64,000 bases of DNA from Candidatus Omnitrophota bacterium (GTDB lineage Bacteria > Omnitrophota > Gorgyraeia > Zapsychrales > Zapsychraceae): assembly GCA_029261065.1 (NCBI GenBank), contig JAJDCB010000030.1, forward strand, positions 196,876 to 260,875, written 5' to 3'. The position numbers and the translations under genes were made by a program. Positions 56,989 to 64,000 of the stretch are shown piece after piece. The stretch's first letter is position 1, and every line of letters starts with the position of its first letter. The notes under the pieces were generated by a model, which searched no databases, was not told the origin of the DNA, and saw only the letters and a list, made by a program, of their open reading frames with translations.

Positions 56989-57414
56989 ATGAAAAATATC
57001 ATCATACTTATGTTTGTTCTAGTCGTAGCAGCTTCAGGTTGTGAAACAATGGGTGAGAAGACCAAAAAAGGGGCTGCCATTGGCGCCATAACTGGGGCGG
57101 CTATTGGAGGAATTGTTGGGTATCAAGATGGTCATGCTTGGGAGGGTGCTCTTATTGGAGGGGCCGCAGGTGGTGTTGGAGGTGGATTGATTGGAAATCA
57201 GATGGAGAAGAATCAGATGGCAACCAATACCGATTATCTTTCTACTGTCCAAATTTCTCAAATGGCTCAAGATAATGTTCCTGATGGGGTTATTATTAGT
57301 GAAATTGATCGAACGAAATCCAAGTATGAGTTAACCTCAGAGGTTATCGACTATTTAGAAGAGAATGGTGTGAGTGATAAAGTTATCGATCATATGCTGG
57401 CAACGGTTAGATAA
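56989..57414 (+). CDS. glycine-zipper lipoprotein
   Basis: ASG^C; GAAIGAITGAAIGG..GALIGGAAGGVGGGLIG. Confidence 0.88.
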   Translation: MKNIIILMFVLVVAASGCETMGEKTKKGAAIGAITGAAIGGIVGYQDGHAWEGALIGGAAGGVGGGLIGNQMEKNQMATNTDYLSTVQISQMAQDNVPDGVIISEIDRTKSKYELTSEVIDYLEENGVSDKVIDHMLATVR

Positions 57415-57453
57415 CCTTTTTTAGAAAATTATATAATTGTGGTATCATGAATT

Positions 57454-57486
57454 AGGGTAGATAAAGACTTATCTACCCTTTTTTTG
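57454..57486 (+). terminator. intrinsic terminator
   Basis: AGGGTAGATAA-AGAC-TTATCTACCCT-TTTTTT. Confidence 0.7.
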
Positions 57487-57542
57487 TTCCGTCAAACGGG
57501 AGAACCTCGGCGTAGCCCAAAGGGCGAAGACGGGTAAATAAA

Positions 57543-60500
57543 ATGAAAGAATTAAAAGATTCCACACATTGGTTTCAATCCAATATTGTAAAAAAGCTTG
57601 AGAAGTTAGAAATGCAATATTGTAAATTGCTTTCCCAGTTTAATCATGAAGTTTTTCTAAATTTAGAACGCGTTGACTCATTAAAAAATATATACTCTCA
57701 AATCTCTCAATACCTTACTCGATTACAAGTCTTTCCAAAAGAACAAGATGTCAAATTTGTGGGAATTATAAAGCGATATTCAAATCATTTTGATTCATTG
57801 CATCAAAATAATTTGCGCTGGATCTATGCGTATTGCGAATTAAGATGGCCTAGTGATGATTATTTATCAAGAAAATTTAAAAAGAAATTAAAGCAAATTT
57901 ATCCAGATGTTGTATTACGGGCTAATAAGTTTTGGTTAAGCGTAGAAACCCTAAAGAAAGAGGATGACATAAATCACTACAAATTTAGTAGGGTCTTAAG
58001 TATTAAAAAAATGAGAGATTCATACGATTATGGTTCCCCTATTTGGCATAAATGGCATAAGCAATTGGTTGTTATGGTTTTTCGTCTAATGTCTGCGAAT
58101 CTTAAGAATAACAGACATCAAATGGATGGCTTGTTTAAAGAAAGCATCTATCAGGAAGTATTAAGTAGTGATGTGCTTAACGGTAAAGAGAATGTGAGCT
58201 CACAGCGTATATCGGGGTTGTTTAATACTGGTTCTCTTACTAATAATTTAATTAAATCTAGGGTGAATCATTGGTTTAAAGGTTACAAAAAATTTAGCGG
58301 AGAGGATGAAAAGCTTATTCATGCGCATGTTCATGGCTTTATAAAAGATGAATTGCAGAAAGGGGAAAGAAATTATTGGAGAAATAAAATTTTTCATTTA
58401 GCAACGTTTTCATTTATTGTTGCTGTGTTAGCTTTAAGTTTATATCAGATTCGAGTTCCACAGGCAATGGCAATGCATACAACCCAGTTTATCAATACTA
58501 TCAAATCTTTTCGAATTTTTACCAAGAAAGAAAATAAAATGCAGCAGTTTTTTCTAAATGAGATGATTACAATGGAATCTGATTATACTCAAGAAGACAT
58601 TCTCTCAAACCTAAAAATATTTAGCGAGGAGGGTTGGTATCTAAAAGAGGGTGGATATTATTATTTTGCTCAGGAAATATTAAAAGGAATGTTGGTATTA
58701 TGGGCAGATGGTCAGTCCAATGATGAGCTTAATGAAGAAGTGATTAAGGCCGCTAACCTTTTAAATGCTGAATTAGGCTCTAATCTAAGCAATATTCTTG
58801 CACTTTATCAAAAAATGTTAATGAGAGAGTCAAAATTAAGAGAAAATATGTTGGAGCTTAGAAGACTTTTCATTAAACAAGGCGTGTATCCATTTATGTT
58901 CCTTGTGCTTAATGATTATTCACCATTTATCTTTATGTATCCTGAGAAAATTATAAATGAATATATTTTTGAAGATGATTATGCCCAAGTTTTGGGTATG
59001 AATGTCGAATATTATTCAAAACTCGAGCATTGGCCTCCAAAAGCGTACGTTCTTAAACCCGACTCCTATCCGTTTGAAAATAAAGCTGGTTATTTTGAGG
59101 GTGAATTTGCTGTTGTTTTTGAAAGTTTTGCAGCTAACGTAAGATGGACCGCTTGGCACGAGCTTGGCCATGTTATTGAGAACTTTAAATATGAGCATGA
59201 ATCAAAACGTTTGTTTGATAATGTCGAGCTAAATGCCATGATTTTTCCTGTGATTTTTGATAAAGATGCAAGGGCCTATCTGACACATTATGTGGTGCCA
59301 TTGGCAGATAGAAAGATGGCGAAGAGTTATTATGGGCAGGCGGCCAAGGGGATTTTAAATGGATTAGTTATTTATGAAAAGTTGCATAATGGTCGTGAGT
59401 TAACACCTCTATTAACGAATCGAATGGAAGAAGATCGTAAAGAAGTTATTAAGAATTACATTTTATCATTAACGTCCAAGGAAATTCGTAAAATCGGGTA
59501 TACGATGTATTTTCATCCAGATCGTTATTTGTATACCACAGAGGCAGGAAAGTACCGGGGGATTGTAACAAATGCAGAAGAAATAATTTTTGGAGCACAT
59601 TCTTCTCCAGAACAAGATGTGGTCATGGCCAGTTCTGGATTAGGAGGTTTCCGACTTGGTTCAAAAATGATTAGAGATGGGGATGGAAGCTCAACGAATT
59701 GGGCCATGCAACAACTCGCTGCTTTTATTGATGCTATTATTGTATTTATTTTATTTGAATCTAGTTTTGTCTTCATGCATATTTTAGGAACGCCCATTCG
59801 TATAAAGAAATTTAAAGGAAGACGCGTTGTTTTAATTTTGAATAACATGTTTAAAAAGAATCAAAGTTCAGATGGTCATGGTTTAGGAGAAGAGGTCGGT
59901 TTAAGGCAATTGTTGACAAAGATTTATGAAAGTCACGGCAATTTTGATCAATCTTTAATAGCAGACATCCAAGCATTCAAACTGACAGCAAATAGTCGAG
60001 ACCTTTTATTGTTTCAGTTGGGCTTAACCTTTGCATCAGAAAATCCAAAAATTTCTGAAATTAAAAATCCATTTCATCTTATTCAATTTTATCTTCCCTT
60101 TTTGGGTCCGTATATTGCTCGTTCTAAATGGTTATATGGAAAACAAAAAGCGTTTGATGAAAGGGAAGTATTTAATAAAAGGTTAGAGCATTTCTTGGTG
60201 TCGCTTGAGAAAGATAAATCTATAGAGGAGGTTTCTAATCAATATAATGAATTGATCAAGCCTTACGCGCAGCCTGGTAAGGAGATGGGGGATAGTCATC
60301 AAATTTTAAAAAATATTAAATTGCTTGAGAAAACGATGTCAGAATTCTTTTTACCGAATAAAGATTCCAGTAGGAAAATAAATGGAGTCAGGTCGAATAA
60401 GAATGGAGAGTCTTTGTTGAAGCGTAATGCAGGAGATATAGATTTTGATCGATTAGAAGTTTATACGCCGGGAGATGATGTGCGAGAAATCGACTGGAAT

Positions 60501-61070
60501 GTTACAGCGCGATCCGCAAAGAATGATGTGATCGTACGAAAGCGAGTAGGACATGAATCGTTTGAAATGAGTTTGTTGTTGGATATGTCTGTACTAAGTG
60601 ATGAAACTTTATTGGAGAGTTGGGTGCAAGATTATTTGATGACGCTCAAATTGCTGGGAAAAGAAAAGAGAATGCAGAAAATCATGATTGTCATGCCCTA
60701 CGGAAAAGTCATTCAAAGAGCCATAAAGGTCAATACTCATCTTGGATTTAGACAAACGGCATTAAAAACTTTTTCTAGATTAAAAGAATATATTTATGAT
60801 GAACTAGAAGGGGAATATCTTGAATCTATCAATGGGCTTAAATTTTATGATGAAGAAGAAAATAATCAATATTTGAAACGCATCAAATTATGCCGATTTA
60901 AGGGAAGGGGAGCGTCGTTGCAAGCGAATGCATTGCGTGGACATCATCAGAATATATTTTTAGTGGGGGTTATCCCCCATAAACGGCTTGACTATGTAAA
61001 GTCATTGGGGCGAACTAACAGTATTTATTTTTGGCATGAACAAAATGCTCAATTAAATAAAATTCCATAA
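57543..61070 (+). CDS. large membrane protein with HExxH motif and C-terminal DUF58 domain
   Basis: TM near aa 285-305, WHELGH, TM near aa 725-750, DFDRLEVYTPGDDVREIDWNVTAR..LLLDMS. Confidence 0.8.
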   Translation: MKELKDSTHWFQSNIVKKLEKLEMQYCKLLSQFNHEVFLNLERVDSLKNIYSQISQYLTRLQVFPKEQDVKFVGIIKRYSNHFDSLHQNNLRWIYAYCELRWPSDDYLSRKFKKKLKQIYPDVVLRANKFWLSVETLKKEDDINHYKFSRVLSIKKMRDSYDYGSPIWHKWHKQLVVMVFRLMSANLKNNRHQMDGLFKESIYQEVLSSDVLNGKENVSSQRISGLFNTGSLTNNLIKSRVNHWFKGYKKFSGEDEKLIHAHVHGFIKDELQKGERNYWRNKIFHLATFSFIVAVLALSLYQIRVPQAMAMHTTQFINTIKSFRIFTKKENKMQQFFLNEMITMESDYTQEDILSNLKIFSEEGWYLKEGGYYYFAQEILKGMLVLWADGQSNDELNEEVIKAANLLNAELGSNLSNILALYQKMLMRESKLRENMLELRRLFIKQGVYPFMFLVLNDYSPFIFMYPEKIINEYIFEDDYAQVLGMNVEYYSKLEHWPPKAYVLKPDSYPFENKAGYFEGEFAVVFESFAANVRWTAWHELGHVIENFKYEHESKRLFDNVELNAMIFPVIFDKDARAYLTHYVVPLADRKMAKSYYGQAAKGILNGLVIYEKLHNGRELTPLLTNRMEEDRKEVIKNYILSLTSKEIRKIGYTMYFHPDRYLYTTEAGKYRGIVTNAEEIIFGAHSSPEQDVVMASSGLGGFRLGSKMIRDGDGSSTNWAMQQLAAFIDAIIVFILFESSFVFMHILGTPIRIKKFKGRRVVLILNNMFKKNQSSDGHGLGEEVGLRQLLTKIYESHGNFDQSLIADIQAFKLTANSRDLLLFQLGLTFASENPKISEIKNPFHLIQFYLPFLGPYIARSKWLYGKQKAFDEREVFNKRLEHFLVSLEKDKSIEEVSNQYNELIKPYAQPGKEMGDSHQILKNIKLLEKTMSEFFLPNKDSSRKINGVRSNKNGESLLKRNAGDIDFDRLEVYTPGDDVREIDWNVTARSAKNDVIVRKRVGHESFEMSLLLDMSVLSDETLLESWVQDYLMTLKLLGKEKRMQKIMIVMPYGKVIQRAIKVNTHLGFRQTALKTFSRLKEYIYDELEGEYLESINGLKFYDEEENNQYLKRIKLCRFKGRGASLQANALRGHHQNIFLVGVIPHKRLDYVKSLGRTNSIYFWHEQNAQLNKIP

Positions 61071-61086
61071 GCTTAAGGAGGATGAA

Positions 61087-61548
61087 ATGTCAAAGGCAAC
61101 GTTTGCCGCTGGATGTTTTTGGGGGGTTGAGGAGGAGTTTCGTCAATTAAAAGGCGTGCTCAAAACCCAAGTAGGATATACAGGTGGGCATCTAGAAAAA
61201 CCTACGTATAGGGATGTCTGTACAGGCGCAACTGGACATGCCGAGGCTGTTGAGATTGAATTTGATGACAATATAATATCCTATAAAGAGTTATTAGACT
61301 TTTTTTGGAAAATTCATAATCCTACAACCTTAAATCAACAAGGCCCGGATGTTGGTTCTCAGTATCGTTCAGCTATTTTTACACACAATGAAGAGCAGGT
61401 GAAAATTGCCCAATTATCAAAAGAAGAGCTAAACAATGAAGGTTATTTTCCTGAACCAATAGTTTCTGAGATTTGTGATGTTACAGAATTTTTTCCAGCA
61501 GAAACTTATCATCAGCAGTATGTTGCCAAGCAAAGAGGTGAGTTGTAA
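61087..61548 (+). CDS. msrA: peptide methionine sulfoxide reductase A
   Basis: GCFWG, GYTGG, QGPDVGSQYRS, AETYHQQY. Confidence 0.96.
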   Translation: MSKATFAAGCFWGVEEEFRQLKGVLKTQVGYTGGHLEKPTYRDVCTGATGHAEAVEIEFDDNIISYKELLDFFWKIHNPTTLNQQGPDVGSQYRSAIFTHNEEQVKIAQLSKEELNNEGYFPEPIVSEICDVTEFFPAETYHQQYVAKQRGEL

Positions 61549-61707
61549 CGTGTTACAATGGAACGCTTTGCATATTTTAGTATTGATGGACGCTTCTTTT
61601 TAGAACTATTTGAAGTTTTTGCGAAACTTTTTTCTTCCTTTTGAGTTTAATACATTGAATCCATTCGAAACAATTAAACGTATATAAACCAAAGGGGGGG
61701 GGCAATA

Positions 61708-62067
61708 ATGAGAAAAGAACTTATTGTTTTGGTCTTGTTATCAACAGGTGTTTTTTTTACCGGGACTTCTGAGGCGAGCAAAAAAAGTTCCAAAAAGGAT
61801 GATTATCATTATGGTGTTGGTATAGGCCACGACGGTTTTTATTTTCACGTAAATACTCATCATCCTAAATACTATCCCCGTTATAAAAAGAGATATCATT
61901 ATCCTGAGGGTAGGTATCATCGCAGACATCATCGTAGGGCTTATCGAAAATATAAACGTGTCAGAAGGCATCATCGTAGACACCATCGTATAGATTATTA
62001 CGAAGAGCCTGTTTATCACAATGGTCATTATCACTATTATGACTATGACTATGATTGTGAAAGATAA
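61708..62067 (+). CDS. secreted His/Arg/Tyr-rich low-complexity protein
   Basis: Signal peptide ..SEA; G-rich SD; terminator downstream. Confidence 0.75.
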   Translation: MRKELIVLVLLSTGVFFTGTSEASKKSSKKDDYHYGVGIGHDGFYFHVNTHHPKYYPRYKKRYHYPEGRYHRRHHRRAYRKYKRVRRHHRRHHRIDYYEEPVYHNGHYHYYDYDYDCER

Positions 62068-62084
62068 CGAGTAATATAAATTAT

Positions 62085-62127
62085 AAAAAAGGCATAGCCG
62101 ATATTGAAACGGTTATGCCTTTTTTTA
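62085..62127. terminator. bidirectional intrinsic terminator
   Basis: AAAAAAGGCATAGCCG..CGGTTATGCCTTTTTTT between convergent genes. Confidence 0.85.
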
Positions 62128-62217
62128 TTTAGGAATTTCGAAGCTTTTACGAAAATTCCAGGTTGGTTTAATCTTTCTGCGGGTAATCGAGTCCAGAACT
62201 TGCTCTGGGATTCATAC
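62127..62217. repeat. two-hairpin dispersed repeat, copy 2
   Basis: Matches 47777-47852. Confidence 0.8.
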
Positions 62218-62237
62218 CCTTGATTTAGTAAAAAATA

Positions 62238-62660
62238 TTAACGTTCGTTAAGTATGGATTGAATTTGAGAGATGAGAATTTTAGGGCTTATAGGCTTTGT
62301 TAGGAAATTATCAGCTTCGGATTCAAAACTATCGAGGATGATTTTTGGGGTGTTTTTATTGGTGATGACAATAATAGGAATGTTTTGTGTTCTCTCATCC
62401 GATTTAAGTTCTTTGCAGATATCCAATCCTCTATTTTCAGAAATTTCTAAATCAAGTAATATAAGATGTGGGATATTATTGAATGCCATTTCAAGGGCTA
62501 AAGAGAAATTGTTTGCTGTCAGCGTCAAGTATCCTATTTTTTGAATGATTCTTGAAAACTCGTTAAGATCATCAAGGTTTTCTTCAATAATGAGGATCGA
62601 TAGTTTGGAGTTTTTAACGTTTTTGTTTTTTTTATAAATGGTGGATAGTCTTTTAAACAT
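62238..62660 (-). CDS. response regulator receiver protein
   Basis: ILIIEE, LLDLEI, NIPIIVIT, FLTKP. Confidence 0.88.
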   Translation of the reverse strand: MFKRLSTIYKKNKNVKNSKLSILIIEENLDDLNEFSRIIQKIGYLTLTANNFSLALEMAFNNIPHLILLDLEISENRGLDICKELKSDERTQNIPIIVITNKNTPKIILDSFESEADNFLTKPISPKILISQIQSILNER

Positions 62661-62717
62661 GAGCGGCGTTTTTAGAAAAATTACGCTGATAAATAGCGTA
62701 AAATTGTTTTTGCGTTT

Positions 62718-63221
62718 TTAGTTTAGGTTTTTGGCCGCGGCGGCAATTTTTTTGACCTTATCAACTGGAATGTTCATTTCTTGCGCGATTTCTTCAGGAA
62801 GAGGTTTACGATTGAGCTGTTGGGTTAGTGTATCCACAGAAGAGGTGTATCTATTTAGTTCTGGTTTTAGATATATGGGTATTCCGATCATTTTTCCTTG
62901 GTCAATGATAAATTGGGATAAGCGATGTTTAATGCACCATCGAAGGTAGGTATCTAGAGCGAAACCTTTGCTTGCATCAAACTTTTTAATACTTTCTTCG
63001 ACGCATTCGTTGCCGGCTTCAACGAGATCGTCTAAAGGAATGCCTAGCTGACTATAATTTTTGGCGATTTTGGTAATATATTGTTGATTAAATTGTACCA
63101 TACGATTTTTGGCCTCTAAGTCGCCATTTTTTATTCGATCCACCAATTGTTGCTGTTCTAGAGAGGTTGTAGCTTTTTGCTTTAGGCTAGCATTCTTAGA
63201 GTTTTCATTGGATTTGTACAT
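62718..63221 (-). CDS. sigma70-like protein with regions 2 and 3 only
   Basis: GDLEAKNRMV..N..IAKNY..G..DDL..GN..KFD.SKG..TY..W; DQGKMIGIP; LNRKP..EEIAQEM; ends before region 4. Confidence 0.8.
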   Translation of the reverse strand: MYKSNENSKNASLKQKATTSLEQQQLVDRIKNGDLEAKNRMVQFNQQYITKIAKNYSQLGIPLDDLVEAGNECVEESIKKFDASKGFALDTYLRWCIKHRLSQFIIDQGKMIGIPIYLKPELNRYTSSVDTLTQQLNRKPLPEEIAQEMNIPVDKVKKIAAAAKNLN

Positions 63222-63554
63222 TCTATTCTAATCCTCATAAGTGTTACGCGCAAGCTTTGAAGAATGTATTGTGATAAACGCAATTTGAAATGAACAAGGG
63301 TATGGTCGCCTTGAAAAGTCTTCTTTTATTTGTAAAATACTTTAGCATAGTATTGGTATGCTGTCAATTTGATTTGATAATAAATCAACTCATAAAATGA
63401 TATACACCAGTAATTTACGGAAATACTCTAGAGTTATTTTGGAAATGAGGTGTAAATAATTGATGCTAGATGAAAGTTAATTGACTCAAGATCAATATAT
63501 GTTAAGCTAAATAATAATATTTTTGAGTTAATTGGGAAAAAGAAGGAACTATAT

Positions 63555-64000
63555 ATGTTTATTGGCAAAAAAATTAAAGAAATAAGAGAAACTCAGGGGA
63601 TGAGTTTGTCTGAATTGGCAGAAAGAAGTAAGGTTCAGATAGCTACTTTAAGCCGATTAGAAAATTTAAAGATGACTGGCAGTTTAGAGTCTCACATGAA
63701 TATTGCTCGCGCCTTAGGTGTAGATATTACTAAGTTGTACGCTGGGATAGTGAAAGAAGAGAGTAGGGTTGATGTCAAAACTCAAAATAGTTCAACAGAT
63801 GTATATATTCACAATGATAAATCTTCTTATGAAATACTAACTAATAAAGTGCTCTCTAAGAAAATAATGCCTATTTTGTTACAGATTGAACCTGAAGGGA
63901 AGACAAATAAAGAAGAGAACCTGGTGGGAACCGAGAAATTTATATATGTTATAGAAGGTAAAGTTATGGCATATATCGGTCAAGAAAACTACTCCTTATC
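63555..64000 (+). CDS. XRE-family HTH plus cupin transcriptional regulator (partial, runs off the window)
   Basis: MFIGKKIKEIRETQGMSLSELAERSKVQIATLSRLEN..; EKFIYVIEG; AAGGA SD. Confidence 0.9.
   Translation, partial: MFIGKKIKEIRETQGMSLSELAERSKVQIATLSRLENLKMTGSLESHMNIARALGVDITKLYAGIVKEESRVDVKTQNSSTDVYIHNDKSSYEILTNKVLSKKIMPILLQIEPEGKTNKEENLVGTEKFIYVIEGKVMAYIGQENYSL

Overview
AT-rich bacterial chromosomal window. The gene content and repeat families suggest an uncultured PVC-superphylum organism such as Omnitrophota, but this is inference only. Housekeeping genes include pyrE, a Maf-M48 fusion, aceE-aceF-lpdA, tag, smpB, ssrA, purB, yaaA, ssb, split mnmC, a ttcA-like gene, arsC, sodC, lemA, nfeD/SPFH and msrA. 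There are also two-component genes, a minor type IV pilin operon and several intergenic palindromic repeat families. The most striking structure is a tandem array of two ~1 kb integrase-less cassettes at the 3' end of the tmRNA gene, plus a remnant of a third. The two complete cassettes are bounded by duplicated tmRNA 3'-end cores, paired GTGCCCA arm-type repeats and IHF-consensus sites. Each carries its own promoter and a DUF5678-like/retropepsin-like aspartyl protease gene pair. Other notable items: a c-di-GMP-I riboswitch with four extra hairpins inserted in its core ahead of the pilin operon; a 34-residue tmRNA tag; a one-gene-per-hairpin repeat array next to a DUF1016N-thermonuclease gene; a decayed Phd/RelE-like module; and a sigma70-like protein lacking region 4. 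All family assignments come from motif recognition by eye, not database searches.
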